From an uncultured Nitrospiraceae bacterium (GTDB taxonomy: Bacteria > Nitrospirota > Thermodesulfovibrionia > Thermodesulfovibrionales > Dissulfurispiraceae), in assembly GCA_947085205.1 (NCBI GenBank), contig CAMTVO010000009.1:1-63488 (forward strand): a stretch of DNA of 63,488 nt, read 5' to 3'. Positions within the stretch are counted from its first letter, which is position 1; the number at the start of each line of letters is the position of its first letter. Below the pieces are notes generated by a model. It did not search any database, was not told where the DNA came from, and saw nothing but the letters and a program-made list of their open reading frames with translations. Both the position numbers and the translations under genes were made by a program. Of this stretch, positions 10,622-19,955 are shown one piece after another.

Positions 10622-10726
10622 CTATCCTCTGAAATGTGCGTCGATATGCGCGGACGCGATAATTATTAATACGTATGCAAAAAATCCGATACCCGCGATT
10701 CCTGCAAGGATTTGTAATGCTGCCAT
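10622..10726 (-). CDS. 34-aa single-TM peptide (not in the ORF track)
   Basis: MAALQILAGIAGIGFFAYVLIIIASAHIDAHFRG*; CAGGAGG RBS; element promoter motif upstream. Confidence 0.55.
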   Translation of the reverse strand: MAALQILAGIAGIGFFAYVLIIIASAHIDAHFRG

Positions 10727-10801
10727 TTTTCGTCCTCCTGCGCTTTAAGCCCGCCGGCTGTTATTAATATATATATGCGTTGTGCACTATATTTTTTTGT
10801 T

Positions 10802-11374
10802 TTATTTTTTAATCCATTGAATAATTTTTTGAATGACGTTAATATCGCGGACCAGTTCGGCGTGATTGAGGTTAAAAATGGCGTATTCTGTCGACGGTAT
10901 AGACAGAACCGAGTCGAGGTCCACTACTCCGTCGTTTATCCCTGACAGATACCATTTTCTTGAGCTGGACGCCCCGGCGATAATGTATATCTCAGCAGTT
11001 GAAGGCGTGGTGCGAAAAATGAACGCCGGAGCATATCGATATCCGCCGTTCGGCGATGCGATCTGGATTATTTTCTTGATTTGTAGTTCGGGATAGCGGC
11101 CGGCTAATTCGCGAGCTACTAATCCGCCCCACGAATAGCCGATTATGGTTTCAACGTTTTCAATTTTTTTGGCGTCTAATTGTGATTTTATGCTTTCTGC
11201 CGCGGCAGATAACGGCATCATCGTAACAGGATATATGACGATAGCTGCGGGGATGCTCGCCTGCAAGAATGCCATTTGTTCGGCGCCGGTATTACTGCCG
11301 GGGATTATGATTGTTGTGCATTCCGCTGATATAGGCATCAGCAGGATAATCAATATCACAAGTGCGGTTCGCAT
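10802..11374 (-). CDS. Exported alpha/beta hydrolase (lipase/esterase-like)
   Basis: Signal peptide, GYSWGG nucleophile elbow, SPNGG, NDGVV and a C-terminal His. Confidence 0.8.
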   Translation of the reverse strand: MRTALVILIILLMPISAECTTIIIPGSNTGAEQMAFLQASIPAAIVIYPVTMMPLSAAAESIKSQLDAKKIENVETIIGYSWGGLVARELAGRYPELQIKKIIQIASPNGGYRYAPAFIFRTTPSTAEIYIIAGASSSRKWYLSGINDGVVDLDSVLSIPSTEYAIFNLNHAELVRDINVIQKIIQWIKK

Positions 11375-11466
11375 GTGATATATATGCTGCAATGCGGGGA
11401 TAGTTAGATATGGACGCCATCAAAATAATCGATTGTAGGGCATTTGGCGAGGTCATTTTTGCCTAT

Positions 11467-11497
11467 AAAAAAAAGGACAGGCGATTTAGCCTGTCCT
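11467..11497 (-). terminator. Rho-independent terminator after the cargo operon
   Basis: AGGACAGGC/GCCTGTCCT stem followed by a T-run on the minus strand. Confidence 0.75.
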
Positions 11498-11522
11498 GTG
11501 GGGGCTGTGGTTGGTTAGTGGT

Positions 11523-12350
11523 TTAATGCTGCGGCATGAACTTTGTGGGCGATACTGCTTGCTTGCCGCTCTTGGCGATCTCCCACGCTTTTTTATGCGA
11601 CATCACAATTTCTTTTGCTTTCTTGCTTGACTGTGAAACCCGATATTCTCCTGAATATCCGCCGAAACGCTGTCCATACCATTCCACGTTCCCAAACATT
11701 AGGCGGTTGGCTGCAAGGTCTATCTGTGCCACACCACACTGGATGTTTGTAAGGCTCCCGTTAAACCGGCAATTCCCAGCATCCTTGAGGATCTCATAAC
11801 TCTGCTTTATCTGCCCTTGCAGTCCATCCAAAAGCGTCTGTTCTATTATTATCCGCGATAATTCCTTAAGGTCTTCGTATCCTACCTGCTCGTTTGTAAT
11901 AAGCCTCGCCATCCTTTCATGTGCCTGTCCAATTATCGCCCCATACATTACAAGGCAGTTCTTGTATCGTTCTACGCTTTTTGGAGCCATGGCATTGGAC
12001 TGTGCGCTTGTATTCAGCACCTGTGCCATAATCGTATCATACACACCAGGAGATGTCTCAGCGCTCAGTCCAAAATCAGCAGGTTTACGAGGCTTGGAGA
12101 TTATCTTACATGATTTTAGTTCAGGATGTGTCTTTTCAAGGTTAGTAAGCACTGGGAAAAAAACAGCATCAAGCGATAGTTTAATTTCTACGCCCTGACT
12201 GCCCTCCTGCGCTTTTCTCTGGTTTATTGACCTTTCTTTTGTATCTTTCCTTGATTTTCCTGTGTCTATGTTAGTGTCCACCGAGTATGCTATGCCGTTA
12301 AGGCAATAAATGAACATAAACATTATTGCTACTGAAATAAAAGTTTTCAT
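11523..12350 (-). CDS. Uncharacterised exported protein
   Basis: 275 aa, signal peptide, several Cys; overlaps the upstream gene by 4 nt. Confidence 0.75.
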   Translation of the reverse strand: MKTFISVAIMFMFIYCLNGIAYSVDTNIDTGKSRKDTKERSINQRKAQEGSQGVEIKLSLDAVFFPVLTNLEKTHPELKSCKIISKPRKPADFGLSAETSPGVYDTIMAQVLNTSAQSNAMAPKSVERYKNCLVMYGAIIGQAHERMARLITNEQVGYEDLKELSRIIIEQTLLDGLQGQIKQSYEILKDAGNCRFNGSLTNIQCGVAQIDLAANRLMFGNVEWYGQRFGGYSGEYRVSQSSKKAKEIVMSHKKAWEIAKSGKQAVSPTKFMPQH

Positions 12351-13738
12351 TTTACATCACCTATTTTTTGTGTTAATGATTCAATCCATTCTAAATAATA
12401 TTTTCCATCGTTTTTGCACTTTTCGCCGCATTTGGTCATAATGTCCTGCGCTCTTTGAATGTCAGCTGTTGCTTTGGCTTTATCTCCGTTTTTTATATAT
12501 GCCTCTGCACTGTATAAATACGTAGAAACGCTCCAATATGGCGGGACATCTTCGGTGATAGATGTAAGTAACTGTATCATTTTTTCCGATATTTCTTTTG
12601 TTTTTTTAAAATCGCCTTTCATGTCGTATATATCATATAGATATGCATATGCTTGCATCTCTCCTGTTAACTTATCAGAAAGAGTTTTATTTTTCTTTGT
12701 GTGGTAAATTTCTATAGCCTCGTTAAGCTTTTTAATTGCGTCGTCGTAATTTTTATTTATCGTTATGTCAATAAGTGACCAATTTACCAGCACTATTGCT
12801 CGTACTAGCGAGTTATACGGGTCTGCATATATATTATACGCTGCCCTGCAGGTCACAATAACGTCATCTACATCTTTTTGTGCGATGTTAGCTCCTCTTT
12901 GTTTATCTACTGTCATAGCTTTATTGATACAATCGTCTCTGTATGAAAAATACTCTTTTTCTATTGCACTACAATAATTGCTAACCTTGTCTATTTCTTT
13001 AAGCTGCACTGATGAGGATATTATCTTCAATGCCTGTTTAGCATCAGCCTTTAAGTATGCAGCTAATAAGGCTTTAAAGTCTTGGGGCATATTTCCTTTA
13101 GATGCTTTCATAATATCCAGAAAACTTGTTAGAAAAGCATAAGCAGATTGGCGATTTCTGCTAATAAATTTAGAATGAGAATAATCCCATAGTTTACCTG
13201 TCATTCTTAACACATGTTCCTCAACTGGCTCTTTACTCTTACTTACTGCTTTATCTGCCTTGGCAGTAATGTATATAAATTTTCGAACAAGGTTAAGAGC
13301 CTCACTGTTACCGAATGCTTGATATCCCACATGTATATGGTTTAGCGTGTCAGCTATAGCGTTACACATTGTCTGCATGTTCTTAGTTCTCTCAAGTCCT
13401 AGTCCTATATTGGTACTGGCAATAATATGCCGCAAATCACCATAGCGCGCCTCGATGTTCTGGTCAATTGTATTATTCTTAGTGCATACTATATTTGTCC
13501 ACGTTATGTCAGCTAATTTTTCTGCGTCCCAAACATACACGTTACAATCCCCCCTATTGATATGTAATTTCTGCAATTTCTGTTTTTCGTGTTGTATGTC
13601 TACATTGCTGTAGTCTCTTTGTGTATTTTTAGACATAGTTTTCTTGTCTTCCTTCGTCGCTGCCTCTGTATGAGGTATATACATTATTGTTGTTAAAAAC
13701 ATCGCAATAAATGTAACTATAGCAATTAACTTTTTCAT
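12347..13738 (-). CDS. Uncharacterised exported helical/TPR-like protein
   Basis: 463 aa, signal peptide, C-terminal TPR-like motifs (YDDAIKKLNEAIEI; AEAYIKNGDKAKA). Confidence 0.75.
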   Translation of the reverse strand: MKKLIAIVTFIAMFLTTIMYIPHTEAATKEDKKTMSKNTQRDYSNVDIQHEKQKLQKLHINRGDCNVYVWDAEKLADITWTNIVCTKNNTIDQNIEARYGDLRHIIASTNIGLGLERTKNMQTMCNAIADTLNHIHVGYQAFGNSEALNLVRKFIYITAKADKAVSKSKEPVEEHVLRMTGKLWDYSHSKFISRNRQSAYAFLTSFLDIMKASKGNMPQDFKALLAAYLKADAKQALKIISSSVQLKEIDKVSNYCSAIEKEYFSYRDDCINKAMTVDKQRGANIAQKDVDDVIVTCRAAYNIYADPYNSLVRAIVLVNWSLIDITINKNYDDAIKKLNEAIEIYHTKKNKTLSDKLTGEMQAYAYLYDIYDMKGDFKKTKEISEKMIQLLTSITEDVPPYWSVSTYLYSAEAYIKNGDKAKATADIQRAQDIMTKCGEKCKNDGKYYLEWIESLTQKIGDVK

Positions 13739-13755
13739 AGCCCCCTCCTAATTTT

Positions 13756-14949
13756 TTATTTCTCCTTTTTCGTTAACTGAGAAACAAATTCATTTTTAAC
13801 CCCATTCCTTTTCCTGGCATATATCACTCCAATTACCAATCCTGCTACTGCTACTGCCACAATTACAGGAATTACAGGGATTGGACTGCCCTTGACTGTT
13901 ACAATCTGAACGCTTTTATCCTTTGCCTTGATTGCTGCCTCGAATTCCTGCCTCTGTCCCTGGAAAAAGCTGGCATCTGCGTCTGTCAAAAGGTTAGCTT
14001 TGATTTTTCGCAGAACACCAATAGCAGCCATATATTTGTCAGTCAATGGCATGTCGTCTATCAGCTTAACAAAACGATGAGTATCTGCAAGCCATTTAAC
14101 AAACGCAATGTCTGGATTGGTTTGATGCAGTTTCAATACTGTCTGTCCTGGTTTGAGTAGCAATTTAAGGGTATCCATATCTTTCTTGTATTCCTCGGAT
14201 ATCTTGACTGCCTCTTCTGTATTACGCGAGAGGCCATATACGGTTTGGCTTGCAAATGCATACCTTACAGATGGCTCTGATAGATGATATCTTGTTAGCC
14301 CTATATATTTAGTCAGAATCAAAACCTTATTTTCGTCCGTGAGTTTCGCATCCACTGCTATGTCCTCTATTGCCTCGGCGTTTCTTGCGATGAAAAACTG
14401 TTCTATTAATTCCTCTATGTTTCCGTTCTTATACGCACTTAAAGCCATTTCTGCCGCTGCCCAATATCGCTGGATGCTTTTATCAAAACCAAATCTTGTA
14501 TCCCCCAGCCACTCGACAAAGGCAAGTGTGTAATTTATGTTCACTTTTTTGCCCATTGTCTTGCCCTGTGATATTGAACGCTTTTTTGCGAATAGGTTTT
14601 CCTTGCTGCCTGTGGTGCCTGCAGAAGGTCCGCCCATACCATCTGGAGCATCTGCTTTAACGTTTGTATCTGTGCCTTTCTTACGTGTTATTGTCTTTTC
14701 TATGGTCAATTCAATTTTTTTCTCTACCGACTGGTAATCATCGATTGAGATGGGTATTCCCTCTACACCGGTAAGTTTGCCCTGATATATATTATTAAAT
14801 CCTGCTGCCATCCAATACACTTTTAGCGCACCTTGAGCTGCCTCGCATGAGTTATTCGTGCACTGGATGCTCCAATTGCCTGCCTCCGCACGAGGTATAT
14901 ACATTGTCATTGCTAAAAATGATACAATACTTGCAATTATTCGTTTCAT
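13756..14949 (-). CDS. Uncharacterised exported protein with C-terminal membrane anchor
   Basis: 397 aa, signal peptide, C-terminal TM followed by a basic tail. Confidence 0.75.
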   Translation of the reverse strand: MKRIIASIVSFLAMTMYIPRAEAGNWSIQCTNNSCEAAQGALKVYWMAAGFNNIYQGKLTGVEGIPISIDDYQSVEKKIELTIEKTITRKKGTDTNVKADAPDGMGGPSAGTTGSKENLFAKKRSISQGKTMGKKVNINYTLAFVEWLGDTRFGFDKSIQRYWAAAEMALSAYKNGNIEELIEQFFIARNAEAIEDIAVDAKLTDENKVLILTKYIGLTRYHLSEPSVRYAFASQTVYGLSRNTEEAVKISEEYKKDMDTLKLLLKPGQTVLKLHQTNPDIAFVKWLADTHRFVKLIDDMPLTDKYMAAIGVLRKIKANLLTDADASFFQGQRQEFEAAIKAKDKSVQIVTVKGSPIPVIPVIVAVAVAGLVIGVIYARKRNGVKNEFVSQLTKKEK

Positions 14950-15004
14950 CGTCTTTTCTCCTTTTTTTTAGGGGATGGTTCTCATCCCCTTTGTTTTGAG
15001 TAGT

Positions 15005-15400
15005 TTAGTGTTTTTTGAGTGTTATTTCAATTGTGCCGTCTGCTAACGGACATATCACGCGTTCGGTTGTTACGTTATCGATCGCCCCGCCGGAAATTTT
15101 TACAAATTCGGCGCGTGCGGTCGACAATACTTTAAGCGCCTCGGCCGCATTTGCAGCCGGGATTGTTTTCAGGTTAGCAGGGATGATCACTGTCCATTTT
15201 ATCTGCCGTTCCCCGCCTCTCCCCTCGTAATATCCGTTGCATTCGGTCGTGGTTGCCGCCGGCTCCGCCTCTGTCGCTGCAAATGCGGTTGCGGCAATGA
15301 GCGTGCATAGCGCCAGGATTAATACGATCGCGAGCGCGAACAGATATGATCCGCCGCGCCCCGCCTCAAAAATCGGTGATGCTGTTTTTACGGGTGCCAT
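15005..15400 (-). CDS. Small exported or membrane-anchored protein
   Basis: 131 aa, hydrophobic N-terminus with AxA, two mature-region Cys; preceded by the repeated leader. Confidence 0.65.
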   Translation of the reverse strand: MAPVKTASPIFEAGRGGSYLFALAIVLILALCTLIAATAFAATEAEPAATTTECNGYYEGRGGERQIKWTVIIPANLKTIPAANAAEALKVLSTARAEFVKISGGAIDNVTTERVICPLADGTIEITLKKH

Positions 15401-15481
15401 TTTAACCTCCTCGGGCTGTTGAAGGCCGGCGGCAATGCCGCCGGTGTTCCCTCTCTTTTGCCCTCCTTCTTATATATATGC
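15395..15481 (-). repeat. Repeated promoter/leader/RBS module, copy A
   Basis: Near-identical to 24173..24263 and 24515..24612; includes the CCGGCGGCA-TTGCCGCCGG hairpin and GAGGAGG. Confidence 0.9.
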
Positions 15482-15500
15482 GCTCTGCTGTTTTGTTTTT

Positions 15501-17315
15501 TTAATCATTTTCCAATTCGAGTTCCGCGCCTCGGTCGCGGTTATCCTTCCGCGCCTGTCTCTCGCTCTGCATTGCCGGACCGCCGTCCCGGTCCTCCCGT
15601 TCCCGCGATCCCGTTGCCGCTGCAGCAGCAGCGAGGATATCCGCCTCCGCCTGCATTATGTGTTCGAGCGATAGATCCGGCCGGCACACGAATGATTCCG
15701 TTACGTCCGAATATCCGCGGTACTCGAGCGTTACCGCGCCGTAATGGTAGCCCGGAAATTTTATCAATCCGTGCAAATCGCGGAGGTTCTGAATTTCCGA
15801 TGGTAATATTAGCCGCTCTGTTTTTTTCCGGCGCATCAGCGAAATGCCGTCGCGATTATCCTGAACACCCATAGAATGAGTCTCCTCGGTTTCAATATAT
15901 TCGCGTTCGCCGATTTTGTCCGATAGAAATTTAGCGGTATCTGGATCAGCAACTGAGAATATCAGGTTGGATCCGCACGCGTTAACGATTGTCTGCCGGC
16001 CGCTGTGGGTGTATATTTTATCGAGCTGTCCGATGTCCTGGATTCCGATCCATGCCGCGCCGCCCTTCGAGCGCGCGAGGGTTAACAATTTCTGGATTGT
16101 TGACAACCGCTGCAAAGTTCCGAATTCATCGAGGACGAAAAATATCCGCCTGTCGTAATCATCCGGCAGCGATAGTAATTTCCTGCCGAGTAGGTCAACG
16201 AATAACGATAGGATAGGGCGGAGCGTCGCCTCGATATCCGCATAACTCGTCACGAATATGATCCCGCCGCGGGCGTTCTCAATCCAGCGTTTTAACGAAA
16301 AATCGCCTCGCATTTTAGCCATATATTCGAACGATTTTACATATTGCATCATAACCGCGAAAACCGACAACGCCTGTTTGCTGCTGGCGTCCTCGATATA
16401 CCGATAGCCTCTCTCTCCGCCGCGGCAATCCTTCAACCACGCGCTGATATCCGCGCCTGCAGCGGTTACGGCTGCCCATATATCGGCGTTGGTGCGGAGT
16501 CGGTTTTGATACAAATAATGCAAAATCCCGCTAAAAACATCACGCGCGGCGTCGTTCCAAAATGGATCGTTACTACTGATTGCGGGAGGGATCAGCGATA
16601 CGGATACAGAGTCGATGTCCATTGCAGTTTCAATCTCGTTGAACAAACTCCAACCGACTGAACGCGTGTCCAGCGGATTGAAAATAACGTCCGTCGAGGG
16701 GTTGAAGAATTTGCAAAGGTAATCCCCTTTAAAATCATATATAACCGCCCGATCAGCGCGATCGCGGATATTGTCAATTACCCCGCGCATAGCGACCGTT
16801 TTCCCCGTTCCCGGCCTGCCGATTATGAACGCGTGTTTTGGCTCTGCGGCTACCGGCATTGCAACGTTGCCGATACGGATATGTGTTTTTTCGCCGGCTC
16901 GCCGGATCTGCCGGTTCAGCTCCTCCGCCGTCAATAATTGTGCGCCGCGGACGTATTTTTCAGCGCTCTGCTCCCGTGCGCGGGTGGAAAATTTGCGGAT
17001 AATCGCCGGATAGAAAATCCACGCGGAAAACGATAAAACGAATATCCATATACTTTTCATAAGCAGGCGGCCCGCGAGCGGGACCAATCTATCCAGCAGA
17101 ACAGTGAACTGCCCCTCCCTGATTGCATAACACGTGTAATTGATTACGATTGTCCACGGTTCGCGGTACCATATGTAACTGAGCGCGAGGGTAATTATTA
17201 CCTGAGCGATCAGTAGCAACAGCGCTATATGTAAATACATTTTAATGTTCATCTGGACCGCCGCCCACCATGTTTCGTGGCCCTTGAACGCCTGATTTTT
17301 TTTGTCCACGTTCAC
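15501..17315 (-). CDS. Type IV coupling protein (TraD/TrwB family)
   Basis: Two N-terminal TMs, RGAQL, Walker A GRPGTGKT, YDFKG, FNPLDTRS, Walker B LDEFGTL. Confidence 0.93.
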   Translation of the reverse strand: MNVDKKNQAFKGHETWWAAVQMNIKMYLHIALLLLIAQVIITLALSYIWYREPWTIVINYTCYAIREGQFTVLLDRLVPLAGRLLMKSIWIFVLSFSAWIFYPAIIRKFSTRAREQSAEKYVRGAQLLTAEELNRQIRRAGEKTHIRIGNVAMPVAAEPKHAFIIGRPGTGKTVAMRGVIDNIRDRADRAVIYDFKGDYLCKFFNPSTDVIFNPLDTRSVGWSLFNEIETAMDIDSVSVSLIPPAISSNDPFWNDAARDVFSGILHYLYQNRLRTNADIWAAVTAAGADISAWLKDCRGGERGYRYIEDASSKQALSVFAVMMQYVKSFEYMAKMRGDFSLKRWIENARGGIIFVTSYADIEATLRPILSLFVDLLGRKLLSLPDDYDRRIFFVLDEFGTLQRLSTIQKLLTLARSKGGAAWIGIQDIGQLDKIYTHSGRQTIVNACGSNLIFSVADPDTAKFLSDKIGEREYIETEETHSMGVQDNRDGISLMRRKKTERLILPSEIQNLRDLHGLIKFPGYHYGAVTLEYRGYSDVTESFVCRPDLSLEHIMQAEADILAAAAAATGSREREDRDGGPAMQSERQARKDNRDRGAELELEND

Positions 17316-17318
17316 CTC

Positions 17319-17507
17319 CTAATTGATTTTTTCTAATGTATCCGTGATAAAGGTTTTTAATTCCCCGGCGTCCATTTTCTCGAGTTCGTTTTTTCGATGA
17401 AGGATCGCCCTACCTATCGCCGCCGCCTGCTGATCCTCTAAGTTCCTCGCCAAATCCAGCAGCCTCTTGGCCTCTGCCCTGAGCTGGTCAGGTGTTCTCT
17501 TTCCCAT
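17319..17507 (-). CDS. Small relaxosome-accessory-like protein (Ti-plasmid TraC-like)
   Basis: 62 aa coiled coil followed by AIGRAIL; sits just upstream of the coupling protein. Confidence 0.45.
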   Translation of the reverse strand: MGKRTPDQLRAEAKRLLDLARNLEDQQAAAIGRAILHRKNELEKMDAGELKTFITDTLEKIN

Positions 17508-17521
17508 TTTCCATCACCTCC

Positions 17522-17704
17522 TTAGTCGATAAATTTTTCAAGGGTTTTAAATAAATATCCTGCAATGAAAGACAGCGGTAGCAGGACCACCAATACTAAT
17601 ATTTGTATTATCTCCGCCCGCCTTATGCATTCCATGCAGTTGTCGCTATCCGCCGTTACGCCGTCCTCGGCAAAATTGCAATTATCGCATTTCATATTTA
17701 TCAC
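17522..17704 (-). CDS. Small Cys-rich membrane protein
   Basis: CxxC...CxxC plus a TM segment; GAGAGGTG RBS. Confidence 0.55.
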   Translation of the reverse strand: MINMKCDNCNFAEDGVTADSDNCMECIRRAEIIQILVLVVLLPLSFIAGYLFKTLEKFID

Positions 17705-17721
17705 CTCTCCTTATATATGCA

Positions 17722-18423
17722 TTAAGCATTTTTCGTTTTTAAAAAACGGTAAATTTTAGATACAGGGATGTCCGTCTCCGCTGCTATCTGCCGATATGAA
17801 AAACCCTGTTTTCTGAGTTCGGCAATTTGAGCTTTGAGCGCGTCCTCGTCTGTTGTTTTCACTGTTTCACCGCCCTGCTGTTTCACTGTTTCAAGTGTTT
17901 CAAGTGTTCCCTGTTTCACAAAAACAGTCGAGGCGAGATATATCGAAACACCCTGAAGTGTGATAACCAAAAACAGAAAAACCACTGCCTTGCCCACTGC
18001 TATTCTGCCGCCTGCCTGCGCGGAGACTTGGAGCATTAGGTCCCTCAACCTCCTCTCTCTCTCCATTGTCTTGGTGGTGTATTTTTGACCATACTGGTAT
18101 GCCTGTTGAGTGGCTTTCAAATCTTCTGAAAGTATCTCAACCTGCTGCTTTTGAGTGAGCATTTTTTCGAGTTCAGTCTCGTTTGAAACCACAAAACTTG
18201 CCGCCGCCGCTACCACCGAAATTACATATAGAGGGACTAAAAAAATGAGCGATACCCGGCGCTGTCTCACCTGCATTGCAAGCGCGATGATCATCGCCTC
18301 TACAAGAATACTTGCAAGCCATGAAAACGCAGGGTTAGGCTCTATACCTGCAATGAAAATCTGCGTGTGAAAGGTAAGAAAAACCGCGGTTGCGATGACT
18401 ATGGTTAGTTTGAAGTATCGCAT
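17722..18423 (-). CDS. Multi-TM coiled-coil protein with C-terminal HTH
   Basis: About 4 hydrophobic segments; GFSYRQIAAETDIPVSKIYR HTH. Confidence 0.7.
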   Translation of the reverse strand: MRYFKLTIVIATAVFLTFHTQIFIAGIEPNPAFSWLASILVEAMIIALAMQVRQRRVSLIFLVPLYVISVVAAAASFVVSNETELEKMLTQKQQVEILSEDLKATQQAYQYGQKYTTKTMERERRLRDLMLQVSAQAGGRIAVGKAVVFLFLVITLQGVSIYLASTVFVKQGTLETLETVKQQGGETVKTTDEDALKAQIAELRKQGFSYRQIAAETDIPVSKIYRFLKTKNA

Positions 18424-18851
18424 CGCTTGCCCTCCTCGTCCCTAATTTTCCGCCTCCGCGCCTGAAAACTCATCGCCGATTTTTCCCCGATTGTCGGGGT
18501 CCATTCCATCGTCTGAATTATCGCTGCATAGACATCGGCAATGTCGGCCGCGAGGGTATCGAGGCGTGATTCAATCCGTTCAACCGCGCTCGGACCAGTT
18601 CGAGGTTTTGGTTTTAGCGCGGCAATGTCTGCCGCGAGGATTTCGAGTTTTTGAGAAATTTTCGATAGGTCGGCCGTGTCGATTTTTTGCATTAATGACA
18701 GAAATGTTTTGGCATTTTCCCGTTCCTGTTCGACGGCAGCGGTAATCAATTCTCGTATTGCCTGCCCGACAGTTTTGCCGTTTTTGAGCGCCTGCAACCT
18801 CGAAAACTCCGCCTCGGATAATCTTAAACCTATGAATCTGTTTTTTTTCAT
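18405..18851 (-). CDS. Ribbon-helix-helix relaxosome accessory protein (TrwA/MobC-like)
   Basis: FIGLRLSEAEFSRL...VGQAIRELI; next to the oriT candidate; GGAGGT RBS. Confidence 0.65.
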   Translation of the reverse strand: MKKNRFIGLRLSEAEFSRLQALKNGKTVGQAIRELITAAVEQERENAKTFLSLMQKIDTADLSKISQKLEILAADIAALKPKPRTGPSAVERIESRLDTLAADIADVYAAIIQTMEWTPTIGEKSAMSFQARRRKIRDEEGKRCDTSN

Positions 18852-19044
18852 TTTGCGTTTACCTCCGTTTTTATATATGCCAAAAACCCCGATTTTTTTG
18901 TAAAATTTGTTAAACATTTTTCATTAATTACAATGTTTAACAACCAAACCCGCACCAATACTGGATTTGCAGGGTAAAAAAAGTAGTGAAGTTTTACAAA
19001 ACAAAATTTCAAAAACCGCGCTAAGTCTTTGTCTTTTTTGTCTT

Positions 19045-19090
19045 TTTCGTTTTCGGCCTGCAAACGGAGATTGCGTTGGGTGTGGAAAAA
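19045..19090 (+). other. oriT candidate with F-like nic site
   Basis: TTGCGTTGGGTGTGG at 19071..19085 matches F TTGCGTGGGGTGT^GG at 14/15 positions; CGTTT/AAACG inverted repeat just upstream; intergenic. Confidence 0.75.
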
Positions 19091-19363
19091 AAGCGGGAAA
19101 CTCCTGATAAAAAAACAAACCCTTCAATTCGACAAATCCACGATTGATAAAAATGAAAAAAGCGGGTAGCCGATTTTGTAAAATCGACTACGTGCGGATA
19201 TAAAAAAATCGGAAATAGTATCCGAGTAAAACGAGGATTCTATTTCCGATTATCCGATGATTTGCAAAAAGGTGAGGCAGTTATTCTGAATTTTCCTGCC
19301 ATGAATTTTCGCCGGTCATGGCGGAGAAAAATCGGAAATAACCGCCCTGCCGTATCGCTGATT

Positions 19364-19744
19364 TTAAGCGCCGGCCGTTTCTGATTCTGCCGTTCCCCGC
19401 TCCTCATCTTTCACCAAAACGTAATCTTTGTATTTCCGTTTTGTTTTTTTGCTCTGGACCAGTCCGAGGAATTTTATAGCGATGTGGTCCCCGACTTTAA
19501 CATCCTCAGCGACTATCATTTGACGTAAAACCGAATTTATAAAAATCATAAATTTGCCGGTTCCGGTTTCGCCGTTTCCGGTCTCCATCTGAAGATATTC
19601 GGCGTCTCCGTTCTCGGTAATTGTCTCGCCCATTTCCACGACCGTCCCCTCGATAACCTCGTTTTCATTTGGCCTCCAAAAGAGGATGTCATAACCTTTT
19701 TGCCTTTCGTTTTCCTTCTCCTTCAGCTTATCCATCAGGTTCAT
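19364..19744 (-). CDS. Putative OB-fold (ssDNA-binding-like) protein
   Basis: FWRP..VIEG...VKVGDHIAIKFLG...YKDY pattern with acidic tail; AAAGGAGGTG RBS. Confidence 0.55.
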   Translation of the reverse strand: MNLMDKLKEKENERQKGYDILFWRPNENEVIEGTVVEMGETITENGDAEYLQMETGNGETGTGKFMIFINSVLRQMIVAEDVKVGDHIAIKFLGLVQSKKTKRKYKDYVLVKDEERGTAESETAGA

Positions 19745-19790
19745 TTTGTTTCACCTCCTTTCAAAAAAAAGTATTGTCTTTATAAAATCT

Positions 19791-19934
19791 TTACGCTGCT
19801 TTCCCCGATTTCATTTTTTCGATTGTTGCCTCGACGGTTATCCTAACCAGCCCCTTGAATTCAGATATGTCTCGCCTTCCAGCGATAACGTCCCGGGCCA
19901 TGTCCTCAAAAAAATTTTTTGTCGTTTCTGCCAT
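19791..19934 (-). CDS. 47-aa hypothetical protein (not in the ORF track)
   Basis: MAETTKKFFEDMARDVIAGRRDISEFKGLVRITVEATIEKMKSGKAA*; AAGGAGGTG RBS. Confidence 0.55.
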   Translation of the reverse strand: MAETTKNFFEDMARDVIAGRRDISEFKGLVRITVEATIEKMKSGKAA

Positions 19935-19955
19935 TTGTCATCACCTCCTTAAAGA

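Noticed and set aside
19771..19779. GTATTGTCT match to the R388 nic sequence
   Set aside because: Only 9 nt with no adjacent hairpin; the 15-nt F-like site at 19071 is much better supported
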